A stretch of 64,000 bases of DNA from Candidatus Zymogenus saltonus (GCA_016929395.1 JAFGIX010000025.1:27720-91719); one strand, 5' to 3'. Shown: positions 18,433 to 30,965, counted from the stretch's first letter. Numbers and translations: made by a program. Notes: generated from the letters alone by a model not told the origin.

Positions 18433-20271
18433 ATGTCAGACGACTTCAGTATCCAGAAGCATCTGGAGGCGATTAGAAATATTTCCGAGTCTTCCACGAA
18501 GAGCGGCGGGGCTATTTCTGTTTTAAGGGCTGTTTCCAAAGAGATTGTTGAGACTCTGGGCTACGGAAGGGTGATCATCGGCCTAAAGAACAGGAACTCC
18601 CTTGTCATGCGCTTTAGATTGGGAGGTGAAATTGGACGTGATGATAAAGATTTAAGGAAGACACTTCAGAATATCCCCGCCGTAACCCTGAGACCGGACA
18701 ATGATGATAGGCTGAGCGCCTCGGCATATGCCCTTTTAAAAGACACCTCGGTTATCGTAGAAGATTCAAACAGGTATGGTTTTAGAGAAAACGAGACATT
18801 CCAGGACGAGGAGCTTATAAAAAGCCTGGGTTTGAAATCGTATATCATCATTCCCATTACATTAGGGAATGAATCCATCGGTGTTATCATTATTGACGAC
18901 AAGTATATTTCACGTAAGCTAAATGATAATGACATAGCCAATATCAATGCCTTTTCTGATAACATTTCAGTTTCAATTGTAAATGCGAGGAAGTTCGATA
19001 TTCTTAAGAGGTCTCACGCAAAGATTAATGCTGTAAAAAAGGAGCTGCTCAGATCCCAGAGGATGTATCGTCTGATTATAGAAAGGGGAACTGATGCCAT
19101 ATTCATTATTCAGAATTACAGGATCGTCTTCGCAAACAGGATGCTTCAAAAGCTCCTTGGGTACGAGACAAAGGAGATAATCGGCAGGGACTTCTCGGAT
19201 TTCGTTTCGACTGAATCGAAACAATATCTTGTAGATTCATACGAAAACGCTTACAGAAAGAAGGCGCAGACGACCCAGTACGAATATTACGTCATCAAGA
19301 AAGATGGTTCAAAGATCGCCATATGGATGACCACATCCTTGACGCGCTACAACAATCAGCTTGCAATTCTGTGCTTCGCGAGGGATATAACCGAAAAGAA
19401 GAAATCCGAATCTGAATTGAGTGAGGCTAAAGATTACCTCGAAAACATTATAGAGAGCGCCAACGATATTATTTATGTGCTTGACAGGAGCGGGAGATTT
19501 ACATACCTCAATCCAAAGATGGAGGAGTTCGGATACAGAAGGGAGGATCTCATAGGGAAATACTTTCTCGAGGTCCTCTCGAATAGACACAGGGGCAGAA
19601 GATTCAGGAAGACCTTAAGGGAAGGGGTGAGACAGGTCTACGAGGTTGAGATGCTTGAAAGTGACGGAAAAAGCATAAGGAACGTGGTAATCAGCACCTC
19701 CCCCCTTTTCAATGATAAGAGCAAAATAGAGGGTGTTCTGGTCGTGGGAAAGGATATAACCGACAGGAAGAGGGTGGAAGAGAGATTGAAACGCCTCACC
19801 ATCACGGACAGCCTGACGGGTCTTTACAACCGAAGGCACTTTTTTAAGACATTAAGAGAAAATCTGGTATCGGCCAGAAAGGAATCATTTCCAATGTGTC
19901 TTATGATGCTGGACATCGATGACTTCAAGGTATTTAATGATACATATGGACATTTGGCCGGAGATGAAGTTCTTCGTACCTTTGGGAAGATTACTACGAA
20001 ATCGATACGCTGTAATGTTGACCTCGCCTTTAGATACGGCGGAGACGAATTTGCAATAATTCTTCCCAATGCCAAGAAGGAAAACGCTGAAAAGATCGCA
20101 TCCCGTATAACTCAGAAATTTGAGGAAAACTTCGGCGATCTGGAAATAAGTATCGGAATTTCCTCCTTGGACAACCATAAATCGATAGAAGAGCTTATCG
20201 ACACCGCGGATAATGCCATGTACGCCGCAAAGAGCAAGAAGAAGACACAGATTAGAACTCATAAGAACTAA
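18433..20271 (+). CDS. Sensor diguanylate cyclase (GAF plus PAS plus GGDEF)
   Basis: RYGGDEFAII GGDEF motif at the C-terminus, upstream PAS-like repeats and an N-terminal GAF-like region. Confidence 0.85.
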   Translation: MSDDFSIQKHLEAIRNISESSTKSGGAISVLRAVSKEIVETLGYGRVIIGLKNRNSLVMRFRLGGEIGRDDKDLRKTLQNIPAVTLRPDNDDRLSASAYALLKDTSVIVEDSNRYGFRENETFQDEELIKSLGLKSYIIIPITLGNESIGVIIIDDKYISRKLNDNDIANINAFSDNISVSIVNARKFDILKRSHAKINAVKKELLRSQRMYRLIIERGTDAIFIIQNYRIVFANRMLQKLLGYETKEIIGRDFSDFVSTESKQYLVDSYENAYRKKAQTTQYEYYVIKKDGSKIAIWMTTSLTRYNNQLAILCFARDITEKKKSESELSEAKDYLENIIESANDIIYVLDRSGRFTYLNPKMEEFGYRREDLIGKYFLEVLSNRHRGRRFRKTLREGVRQVYEVEMLESDGKSIRNVVISTSPLFNDKSKIEGVLVVGKDITDRKRVEERLKRLTITDSLTGLYNRRHFFKTLRENLVSARKESFPMCLMMLDIDDFKVFNDTYGHLAGDEVLRTFGKITTKSIRCNVDLAFRYGGDEFAIILPNAKKENAEKIASRITQKFEENFGDLEISIGISSLDNHKSIEELIDTADNAMYAAKSKKKTQIRTHKN

Positions 20272-20291
20272 AATCCTTCTCAAAAAAACAG

Positions 20292-21380
20292 ATGATTACA
20301 AGAAGACAAACCAGGGCCATAAGTGTCGGGGATGTGAGAATCGGCGGGGAGAATCCGGTTGTGGTTCAATCGATGACAAAGACCGACACGAAAGACGTCA
20401 AGGCGACCCTCTCCCAGATTGAAGATCTGTATAAAAGAGGCTGTGAGATTGTGAGGGTGGCGGTCAAGGATATGGATGCGACTTCGGCGTTGAAGGAGAT
20501 CGTTAAGGAGTCCCCCGTTCCGATAATTGCCGATATACACTTCGATTATCTCCTTGCAATATATTCAATGGAGGCGGGGGCCAAGGGAATAAGGATAAAT
20601 CCGGGAAACATCGGAGGCAGAGAGCGGCTGCTTAAAATAATCGATCGCGCCCGGTTGGATAATGTGGCGATACGTATCGGCGTGAACTCCGGGTCGCTGG
20701 AAAAGGAGATACTAAATAAGCACGGCGGGCCGACACCAAGGGCCATGGTGGAGAGCGGACTGAATTGCCTCAGGATATTTGAAGATTCAGATTATACAAA
20801 CACCAAGTTCTCTCTGAAGTCCGCAAACGTAATGGACACGGTTTACGCCTACAGGGAGTTTTCAAAGGTTTGCGATTATCCCCTTCATTTGGGGGTAACG
20901 GAGGCTGGGACGGTTTTCAAGGGTGCAGTAAAATCCGCCGTGGGCATAGGCATTCTGCTATATGAAGGGATCGGAGACACGATAAGGGTAAGCCTGACGG
21001 GAGATCCCGTAAAAGAGGTGATATGCGCCTACACGATCCTTTCGGCCCTCGGAATCAGAAAGAGGGGGGTCAATGTCATATCGTGTCCTACGTGCGGCAG
21101 GACCGAGATAGATATTGTAAAGATAGCCGACGAGGTGGAAAGAAGACTTGAGGGACTGGACCTTAATATAACCGTTGCAGTGATGGGATGCGAGGTAAAC
21201 GGGCCAGGGGAGGCAAGAGAGGCCGATGTGGGAATCGCCGGGGGCAAGGGTATGGGCCTTTTATTCAGGAACGGCAAGGTAATTAAGAAGGTAAAGGAAG
21301 CAGAGCTTTTGGATGAGCTCATCAAAGAAGTTGAAAAGATAAGGGCAGAAAACGAGTCTCATGAGGCCGGTTGTCACTGA
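20292..21380 (+). CDS. ispG: 4-hydroxy-3-methylbut-2-en-1-yl diphosphate synthase (flavodoxin)
   Basis: TRAISVGDVRIGGENPVVVQSMTKTDTKDV and a C-terminal CPTCGRTEIDI Fe-S motif. Confidence 0.9.
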   Translation: MITRRQTRAISVGDVRIGGENPVVVQSMTKTDTKDVKATLSQIEDLYKRGCEIVRVAVKDMDATSALKEIVKESPVPIIADIHFDYLLAIYSMEAGAKGIRINPGNIGGRERLLKIIDRARLDNVAIRIGVNSGSLEKEILNKHGGPTPRAMVESGLNCLRIFEDSDYTNTKFSLKSANVMDTVYAYREFSKVCDYPLHLGVTEAGTVFKGAVKSAVGIGILLYEGIGDTIRVSLTGDPVKEVICAYTILSALGIRKRGVNVISCPTCGRTEIDIVKIADEVERRLEGLDLNITVAVMGCEVNGPGEAREADVGIAGGKGMGLLFRNGKVIKKVKEAELLDELIKEVEKIRAENESHEAGCH

Positions 21381-21417
21381 TACTAACAAAGTGTTTGATA
21401 CTTAATGTACTTTTCAA

Positions 21418-23568
21418 ATGATAAGGCTGAACGAAATATTAGATAAGGTTCGAGATTACAATCCCAAAGGCGATCTCGATGTTATAAAGCAGGCATACGT
21501 GTTCTCAGCCATGGTGCACCAGGGACAGGTGCGGCTTTCCGGAGAGCCCTATCTATCTCACCCCCTGATGGTGGCGTCTCTCTTGGCCGACCTGAACATG
21601 GACGTCCCTTCGGTGGCGACGGGCCTTCTGCACGATACGGTCGAGGATACCCTTACTACTATAGAACAGATAGAGGAGACATTTGGAAAAGAGATTACCC
21701 TGCTTGTGGACGGCGTTACTAAAATCAGCAGGATGAGCTTTTCCACCCAGGAAGAGAGGCAGGCCGAGAATTTCAGAAAGATGATCATAGCCATGACGAA
21801 GGACATTCGGGTGCTTCTGATAAAGCTTACGGACCGCCTGCACAACATGAGGACGATTCAATTTCACAACTCGGAAAAGCGGAAGATCATCGCCCAGGAG
21901 ACGCTCGATATCTACGCGCCTCTGGCAAACAGACTTGGGATAGACTGGATTAAAAACGAGCTCGAAGACCTGACGTTCCTCGTTCTCCAGCCCGATATAT
22001 ACAGATACTTGCTGAAAAAAGTTGAATCGAAAAGGAGAGAGCTAGAGAAATACAGCAGCGCTGTTATGAAAATAATCGAAAAGGAGCTGAACAAAAACGG
22101 GATCAAGGCGCGTCTCCAGAATAGGATAAAGCACCTTTACGGAATACACAATAAGATGGTGATCCAGGAGATAGGGTTCGACGAGATTTATGATCTCGTC
22201 GCCTTCAGGGTCATTGTCGACACGATAAGTGACTGCTACGGCGCGATGGGGATAATCCACTCTCTCTGGAAGCCTGTCCCGGGGAGGATCAAGGACTTCA
22301 TCGCGATGCCCAAACCGAACATGTATCGAAGCCTCCACACAACGGTGATCGGTCCCAAGGGGGAGAGGATAGAGATACAGATAAGGACAGAGGAGATGCA
22401 CAAGATCGCCCAAAAGGGGATAGCCGCCCACTGGCGTTACAAGGAGATGAAAGGACAGGTAAAACAGCAGGATCAGGAGAGCTACGACTGGCTCAAAAGG
22501 CTTTTCGAGTGGCAGCAGGACGTGAAAGACCCCAGGGAATTCATAGCGACCGTCAAGATAGACCTGTTCCCGGAAGAGGTGTATGTATTTACTCCAAAGG
22601 GGGACGTTAAGGCCTTCCCAAGGGGGGCGACGCCGTTGGATTTCGCCTACAGTATCCATACGGACATAGGAAATACGTGTTCCGGTGCGAAAATAAGCGG
22701 TAAGATAGTGCCGTTGAAATACAAGCTCCAGAACGGCGATACCGTTGAGATAATAACGAACAAGAGCCAGAAGCCGAGCAAGGACTGGCTCCGCTCCGTT
22801 GCCACATCAAAGGCTAAACAGAAGATAAAGCATTGGTTCATAACGGAGCAAAGGGAGAGGAGCATTAGCCTGGGGAGGGAGATCCTTGAAAAGGAATTCC
22901 TTAAGAACGGTCTTAGTTTCCAGAAGAAGCAGAAATCGAGGCAGATGAACGAGGCGATGGAAAAGCTCAAGGCGAATAGTCTGGAAGAACTCCTGTCCAA
23001 GGTCGCAAATGCAAAGATAACGGTATCGGAGGTTTTGGAGTTTTTCATCCCGAAGGAAGATATCAAGGACACGGTAGATATTGAATCCATTCAGAAAAAG
23101 GAGATTAAGAAGGGGAAAAAGGAAAGGAGCAGCAGCGGAGTTTTGGTCAGCGGAGTGGACGATGTCATGGTCAGGTACGCCAAGTGCTGCAACCCGTTGC
23201 CTGGGGACAGAATAGTCGGATTTATAAGCCGCGGAAGAGGACTTACCATTCATAACTCCGAGTGCTCCAACCTTCTGGAATTTCCTTCGGAGCGCTTGAT
23301 CGAAGTAGGGTGGGACACCAAGGACAAGATGGGGGTATACACGAGCAGAATTTTGGTATCGTGTGAAAACAAGAAAGGAGTTCTCGCGTCCGTCGCAACG
23401 GCGATATCTGAGGCGGACGCGAACATCAGCAACGTTGAATTAACTACCGAAGATAATAAGGCAAATTTTCTTTTTCACCTGGAGGTCGTCGACCTCGATC
23501 ATTTAAACAGGGTTATTGGTTCGTTGACGAAAAAGAAGAGCGTCATAAGTGTAAAGAGGATGACCTGA
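21418..23568 (+). CDS. relA: Bifunctional (p)ppGpp synthetase/hydrolase RelA/SpoT
   Basis: HD domain (HPLMVASLLADLNMD, HDTVEDT), RelA_SpoT synthetase region, TGS and a C-terminal ACT domain. Length 716 aa. Confidence 0.9.
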   Translation: MIRLNEILDKVRDYNPKGDLDVIKQAYVFSAMVHQGQVRLSGEPYLSHPLMVASLLADLNMDVPSVATGLLHDTVEDTLTTIEQIEETFGKEITLLVDGVTKISRMSFSTQEERQAENFRKMIIAMTKDIRVLLIKLTDRLHNMRTIQFHNSEKRKIIAQETLDIYAPLANRLGIDWIKNELEDLTFLVLQPDIYRYLLKKVESKRRELEKYSSAVMKIIEKELNKNGIKARLQNRIKHLYGIHNKMVIQEIGFDEIYDLVAFRVIVDTISDCYGAMGIIHSLWKPVPGRIKDFIAMPKPNMYRSLHTTVIGPKGERIEIQIRTEEMHKIAQKGIAAHWRYKEMKGQVKQQDQESYDWLKRLFEWQQDVKDPREFIATVKIDLFPEEVYVFTPKGDVKAFPRGATPLDFAYSIHTDIGNTCSGAKISGKIVPLKYKLQNGDTVEIITNKSQKPSKDWLRSVATSKAKQKIKHWFITEQRERSISLGREILEKEFLKNGLSFQKKQKSRQMNEAMEKLKANSLEELLSKVANAKITVSEVLEFFIPKEDIKDTVDIESIQKKEIKKGKKERSSSGVLVSGVDDVMVRYAKCCNPLPGDRIVGFISRGRGLTIHNSECSNLLEFPSERLIEVGWDTKDKMGVYTSRILVSCENKKGVLASVATAISEADANISNVELTTEDNKANFLFHLEVVDLDHLNRVIGSLTKKKSVISVKRMT

Positions 23569-23918
23569 TATTTGGATTCAGGTTGATCGTTATTTATGAG
23601 GGGTCGGGATGTGAGGGGATGTCGTGTGAGTAAAATATCCATAAGGCCAATAGGACGTCCGCCGACGGAAATCGGGGGATAGGGTCTTATTGGGGTCAGG
23701 GAAGACGGCAGGGCCAAAGAAGCCGGAGGGCATCCAATTTCTAAAACTTTCTTACCAAAAAACAAGTACCTGTTTTCAGCGGGGGTCAAGAGAGCCGGCG
23801 GGGTGTAAGGAAGCGGAAAGCAAAATTCATCTTTTTTTAAATTGTCTCTTAAAATAATAATTGTCGCCGCCCTGAGTGGATCTGACTTGAAAAAGATTCG
23901 GAAATGTATCAACTCCTG

Positions 23919-24022
23919 AGGCCCGTTAGGCGGGAGGAGTACTAAAGGCTCATGCCCTCACCATCTACTACTCAGGCCCGTTCGGCGGCGGGGAGGACCG
24001 CAGGCTTAGGCCCTCACCACCT
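23919..24022. repeat. Tandem ~48-bp direct repeat (2 copies) overlapping the last codons of rpmB
   Basis: GGCCCGTTAGGCGGGAGGAGTACTAAAGGCTCATGCCCTCACCATC versus GGCCCGTTCGGCGGCGGGGAGGACCGCAGGCTTAGGCCCTCACCACC. Confidence 0.5.
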
Positions 24023-24194
24023 TTTCCGAGCGGAGACAGCGCGTACAGACCTTCGCCTTTATCACCTTGTTTCCGATCTTGATTCGCATGGTATGGATAT
24101 TGGGGTACCATCTCCGTTTTGTCTTGTTGTGGGCGTGGCTTACGTTATTTCCAACGACGGGCCCTTTCCCGCAGATATCGCAAACTCGACTCAT
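24006..24194 (-). CDS. rpmB: 50S ribosomal protein L28
   Basis: [32 protein letters not shown]... is the L28 signature. Length 62 aa. Confidence 0.9.
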   Translation of the reverse strand: MSRVCDICGKGPVVGNNVSHAHNKTKRRWYPNIHTMRIKIGNKVIKAKVCTRCLRSEKVVRA

Positions 24195-24280
24195 CGTTTG
24201 TCTCTCCTGATAGTTGGACCGATAATATATTTACAGAATTGATTATTTTACCAAATTCTATGAGAAAATCAAGATAAAAT

Positions 24281-25138
24281 ATGAAAAAAAATAAGGATAT
24301 GGGCATTTTATATGTGGTTGCAACCCCGATAGGAAACCTAAAGGACATCACCATAAGGGGGCTTCAGACGCTCAGAGACGTGGATTTTATAGCCGCGGAA
24401 AACATAAAAAGGGCAAAAAAGCTCCTTTCGGTATATGACATAAAAACCAAAATAATAAGCTATCGGGAGGAGAACAGGGAGCGGGCAACAAGAATGATAA
24501 TTGATAAGATAAACGACGGGAAGAATATTGCCCTTATCTCGGATGCGGGCACGCCGACTGTGTCCGATCCAGGGGACTACCTTATTAAAAAATGCGTCGA
24601 GGGGGGAATTCCCGTGGTGCCCGTTCCCGGTCCGTCTTCAATAATCTGTGCCCTCTCTGTATCAGGACTCGATACGTCCGAGTTTTCTTTTCTGGGATTC
24701 CTTGCGAGAAAGGGGAAAAAGAGGTTGGAACAAATCTCGAAAATTGAAGGTGATGGGAGAACTTCGGTCATATTTGAATCGCCGAAGAGGATTGCCAAAA
24801 CCTTAAGCGATATTTTAAACATTATTGGAGAAAGAAAAGCGGCCGTTTGCAGGGAGCTCACAAAGCTAAACGAGGAGGTGATAAGAGGCTCTCTGTCCGT
24901 TATAATTGACGAGCTTGAAAAGAGGGGAGAGATCAAAGGGGAGATAGTGCTCATGGTTTCGGGAGGCGGGGGTATAAGAAGCAGGTTGGACAGGGATGAC
25001 TTAATCAGTGAGGTAAAGAAGTACGTCGAGCAAAATCCTGAAAAGAAGACCAAAGAGGTCGCAAAGATATTGGCAGCAAGGCTCGGGGTCTCCGTCAAGG
25101 AAATTTATAAGATCGCGGTTGGGGAAAGGGAAGACTAA
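24281..25138 (+). CDS. rsmI: 16S rRNA (cytidine1402-2'-O)-methyltransferase
   Basis: LYVVATPIGNLKDITIRGLQTLRDVDFIAAE and a tetrapyrrole-methylase-like fold. Confidence 0.85.
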   Translation: MKKNKDMGILYVVATPIGNLKDITIRGLQTLRDVDFIAAENIKRAKKLLSVYDIKTKIISYREENRERATRMIIDKINDGKNIALISDAGTPTVSDPGDYLIKKCVEGGIPVVPVPGPSSIICALSVSGLDTSEFSFLGFLARKGKKRLEQISKIEGDGRTSVIFESPKRIAKTLSDILNIIGERKAAVCRELTKLNEEVIRGSLSVIIDELEKRGEIKGEIVLMVSGGGGIRSRLDRDDLISEVKKYVEQNPEKKTKEVAKILAARLGVSVKEIYKIAVGERED

Positions 25139-25680
25139 AGCAATTCTGGAAATAGTAAAGATATTGATTGTAGAGCCCGGAGTCTCTGTCAAGGATATTT
25201 ATTAAATAGTAGACAAGGATAGTAGAGACTAAATCCGCTTTGGAAATCTTAAAGCTATAAGCCGTGGAGACTGATGACTTCGTCATGGGCGTTTATGAAT
25301 GAAATAGAAGACAGGGAAGGGAAGAGGAAAACAGGTTCTGGAAATCGAAAAAGCATAGACCGCAAAGCTAAAGGCTTCTTTCATGGACGTTTGCAACTGA
25401 AACAGCGGTTAAGGAGGGGAAGAGGCAATAGGATTTTGAAAATTGCAAAGATGAAGGACGCAGAGCCTGGAGACTCCGTCGTGGAACTTTATGAAACAGC
25501 AGTTAAGGAGATGAGAGACTAAATCTATTCAAAAAGTCGCAATGATGAAGACCGCAAAGCACGGGGTTTATTTAAGGGACATTTGTGACTGAAACAACAC
25601 CTTAAAGCCAGGGGATTTCATAAAGGGCATTAATTAGTGAAACAGCGGTCAAGGAATTGAAAAAACAAACAGGTTTTTAT
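25085..25680. repeat. Degenerate tandem-repeat array that begins inside the 3' end of rsmI and repeats its last ~57 bp twice more
   Basis: Copies ending in GA(G/C)ACTAA(A) at 25085-25140, 25177-25233 and 25448-25506. Additional ~55-bp sub-repeats ending in GAAACAGCGGTTAAGGA. Confidence 0.55.
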
Positions 25681-25687
25681 ATGGAGT

Positions 25688-26239
25688 CTATTTGTCCTCT
25701 TTATCTTCATCCTTTTCCTTCTTTTTTTTGTCCTCTTCCTTCTTTTGTGTACTAAGGAATTTCCCGAAGATATTCTTATAAATTTTCTTGTCCGATTTCA
25801 ATTCAAGTCTTATTGCTTCTTCATAACCGATGATTGTGTAATATATCGCCCTGTCGAAAAACAGGACAACGCGGTTGTTCAGCTCCAGAGACTGGTAAAG
25901 CTCGAAGGCCGTTGACAACTGACCGTCGGAGAGGATATGGATCCAGAGGTGTCTTTTGAGAAGAACAATGGCGCTGACTACCTCGTGAAGGGCAAAGCCC
26001 TCCTTAAACCTTTCCAGACCCAGTTTTGTGTAATAGTTTCTTATCTCCTCCTTGCTCGTTTCCCTCGATATCCAGTGGCTGAGCTGGCTGTATACAAGGT
26101 GAGCCCGCTTGTAAAGCTTCTCTTCATTAAATTCGTGATATGTCGGGGTTGATGGATTAGCCCTTACGTTGGTTAGCCAATGTTTGGTAAGTATATCGGC
26201 ATCATTTTCTATTAATGTAACAAGTTTTTCAGATATCAT
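25688..26239 (-). CDS. Hypothetical protein with a poly-Lys/Glu/Asp C-terminal tail
   Basis: 183-aa ORF with a C-terminal KKEEDKKKKEKDEDKEDK tail. Confidence 0.4.
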   Translation of the reverse strand: MISEKLVTLIENDADILTKHWLTNVRANPSTPTYHEFNEEKLYKRAHLVYSQLSHWISRETSKEEIRNYYTKLGLERFKEGFALHEVVSAIVLLKRHLWIHILSDGQLSTAFELYQSLELNNRVVLFFDRAIYYTIIGYEEAIRLELKSDKKIYKNIFGKFLSTQKKEEDKKKKEKDEDKEDK

Positions 26240-26304
26240 AGGTTACTCCATAAATATATAATATCAATAAATTATCATCAGCGGTTTGTGTTGTCAATAA
26301 AAAT

Positions 26305-26940
26305 CTATTTCATTTTAAATTCAAATGGAATGGCAAAGGAGCGGTCGCTTATGTAGACGTCCTGAACCATCACAACGAACCTGTTTACGGAGTTCGGGAG
26401 CTCCGGAAAGACCAGCAGTCCCTCGACGGCGGTCCCGGGGGGAATATCGAGGTATATATCGTACATGGTCTTTTTGAATGGCGCCGGGTCGCCCAGCGGC
26501 GCGTAGCGGTTAAAACGCACCAAAACCTCAGAGTAATCCAGGGAGCCCCTGAAGTACTGCCCGCTTACATAGACGCTCGATCTCTTCGGATTAAACCGCA
26601 TCATACTCTTGGTTTTATTCGTTATTGTGACCTCGAAGAGGAAAAACTTCTCCCTCATAGAATAGTAATTCAAAAAAGGATTTGTGATCTCGTGCTTCAG
26701 AAAGAAGAGGTCCGTGTCGGAATGATCCATATATCTGATTTTTATTACTGCGTCCAATACGGTAAAATAAATGGTGTTCCCGTCGAACCTGAATCCCTTC
26801 GGCAGATCCTTCCCGTCTCCGACGGGGATGACCATGACGGCTCCTTTTTTATTTCCCATCCCCGCACAGGAAAAAAGGAGCAAAATGATTGCCGATGCAA
26901 ATAGAATCTTAAAAGTACGCTTCATGAATATCTCAACCAA
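26305..26940 (-). CDS. Hypothetical lipoprotein
   Basis: Signal peptide with lipobox LLLFSC(A)G. Confidence 0.5.
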   Translation of the reverse strand: MVEIFMKRTFKILFASAIILLLFSCAGMGNKKGAVMVIPVGDGKDLPKGFRFDGNTIYFTVLDAVIKIRYMDHSDTDLFFLKHEITNPFLNYYSMREKFFLFEVTITNKTKSMMRFNPKRSSVYVSGQYFRGSLDYSEVLVRFNRYAPLGDPAPFKKTMYDIYLDIPPGTAVEGLLVFPELPNSVNRFVVMVQDVYISDRSFAIPFEFKMK

Positions 26941-27922
26941 TAAAATTAAGTTTCGTATTACACTTAATACAGATGTCTTTCGAGAGGCTGTGAACCTTTG
27001 TCCTGTATCCGCTCCTCTCGACGAGGAGCGCGTTACAGTTGGGACAGTATGAATTGCTACCGACGTCGGTCACAAGGTTTCCTAAGTAGACGTAGTTGAG
27101 CCTCTCCCTTGCGATATCGTAGGCCTTGAGCATCGTTGACGTGGGGGTGGGCGGTGCCGTAAACGAGCGGTGAGGGAAGTACCTGGAGAGGTGAAGAGGG
27201 ATGTCCGGATTGACGCCGGCGATGAAATCTGAAAGGGTCTTGATATCGTCGTCCGAGTCGTTCTCCCCGGGGATTATCAAACACGTCACCTCGACAAGAG
27301 CGGAACTGCTCGCGAGCCTTATCGTCTCTTTAACAGGCTCCAGTCTCCCCCGGCAGTTTTTCCTGTAGAAAGAATCGTGGATCGACTTCAGGTCGATATT
27401 CATCGCGTCGATGATCGGAAGAAGCTTCTCGAGGGGTTTTTTGTTTATGAAGCCATTGGTGACGAGGACATTGAAAAGGTTGTTTTCCTTGTTTACCTTT
27501 CCCGAGTCGAGTATGTATTCGTACCAGATAAGGGGCTCGTTGTAGGTATAGGCGATCCCTGTTGAGCCGTGCCTCTTTGCCAGCTCCGACACATCTTCGG
27601 GGGATGTGTATGAATGCGGTACGTCGGCCGTGACGAGAGACCAGTTCTGGCAGAAGGCGCAGGCGAGGTTGCAGCCGACGCTCCCCAGCGACAGTATCTG
27701 TGAGCCGGGGCTCATGTGATATAGGGGCTTCTTCTCGATGGGATCCATCTGGACGCTGGCTATGCGGCCGTAGGTAAGGGCGAGGAGCTTTCCCGACCTG
27801 TTCTCCCTGATTCCGCAGACCCCCCTGCTTCCATCCTTGATCGTGCACTCGTGGGGGCAGAGGGTGCACCTTACCCTCTTGTCGCCGTCAGCGTCTTCGT
27901 AGAACAAAGCCTCTTTTGTCAT
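26933..27922 (-). CDS. AmmeMemoRadiSam-system-type radical SAM enzyme
   Basis: N-terminal CTLCPHECTIKDGSRGVCG plus the GCNLACAFCQNW radical-SAM cluster characteristic of this family. Confidence 0.7.
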   Translation of the reverse strand: MTKEALFYEDADGDKRVRCTLCPHECTIKDGSRGVCGIRENRSGKLLALTYGRIASVQMDPIEKKPLYHMSPGSQILSLGSVGCNLACAFCQNWSLVTADVPHSYTSPEDVSELAKRHGSTGIAYTYNEPLIWYEYILDSGKVNKENNLFNVLVTNGFINKKPLEKLLPIIDAMNIDLKSIHDSFYRKNCRGRLEPVKETIRLASSSALVEVTCLIIPGENDSDDDIKTLSDFIAGVNPDIPLHLSRYFPHRSFTAPPTPTSTMLKAYDIARERLNYVYLGNLVTDVGSNSYCPNCNALLVERSGYRTKVHSLSKDICIKCNTKLNFIG

Positions 27923-27931
27923 AGGAAAGTC

Positions 27932-30233
<2,302 letters not shown>

Positions 30234-30398
30234 TTATATACGAAAAAAAGCGCGCTTTGCAAGTTCAATTGATTGTCGACCAATGTAAATTTGCTCTGAG
30301 TAAATAAAATAAAAGTTTTAAAAATTCCGGGAATATGCTATCTTTAATTGATATTGTTTTTTTGGTTTTTTATTCTAGATTTTTTTATGGGGGGCCAA

Positions 30399-30944
30399 AT
30401 GAGCGGTAGAGATTATTTTGGCGATAATATCTTAACGGGCCTCGGTACGACGAGGAGGACTTTTCTAAAAGGTCTTGCCCTGGCGGCGACCGCCGCGAGC
30501 GCGGGGACCGCGATGTCCGGATGCGGCGGATACCCCGAAGTTCCCGTGGGACTCAAGTTCCTGGACGAGAAGGGGTACGCCGTTATATCCACTTTTGCTG
30601 ACAGGATAATCCCGAGGGGAGGGCCGTACGATTTGGGAGCGCTCGATGCAGGGGTCGTGGAGTTCTTCGACGAGTTCGCCGCCACAGATTACCCGGAGGC
30701 GCAGAAGGACTTCAAGAGCGTGATAACGCTCCTGGAGCACGGGGCGCCGATGCTGGATTTCAAGTTCAAGAGATTCACCCAGATGACGACAGACGAGAGG
30801 GACGAATACCTCAGGGGGTGGGAGTCGGGCAAGCTAGTCCTTCTTCGGGGTGCATTTGTAGGACTGAAGAAGCTATGCTTCATGGGATTTTATACCAACG
30901 AAAAGGTGTGGCCCCATATCGGCTACGACGGGTCCTGGGTCTAA
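30399..30944 (+). CDS. Gluconate 2-dehydrogenase subunit-3-like protein with a Tat signal
   Basis: TTRRTFLKGLALAATAASAG twin-arginine signal. It forms a small-subunit partner for the following GMC oxidoreductase. Start chosen at the ATG at 30399 (GGGGG 7-10 nt upstream). Confidence 0.65.
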   Translation: MSGRDYFGDNILTGLGTTRRTFLKGLALAATAASAGTAMSGCGGYPEVPVGLKFLDEKGYAVISTFADRIIPRGGPYDLGALDAGVVEFFDEFAATDYPEAQKDFKSVITLLEHGAPMLDFKFKRFTQMTTDERDEYLRGWESGKLVLLRGAFVGLKKLCFMGFYTNEKVWPHIGYDGSWV

Positions 30945-30965
30945 TCGAGATAAAGGAGTAAAGGG

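Noticed and set aside
25085-25680. CRISPR array
   Set aside because: The repeats are degenerate, of unequal length, and not separated by unique spacers of regular size. No cas genes are nearby.
30348-30398. Upstream start (MILFFWFFILDFFMGGQ) for the Tat-signal subunit gene
   Set aside because: The extension is a hydrophobic low-complexity translation of an AT/T-rich leader. A Tat signal needs the RR motif near the N-terminus, which favours the ATG at 30399 preceded by a GGGGG RBS.
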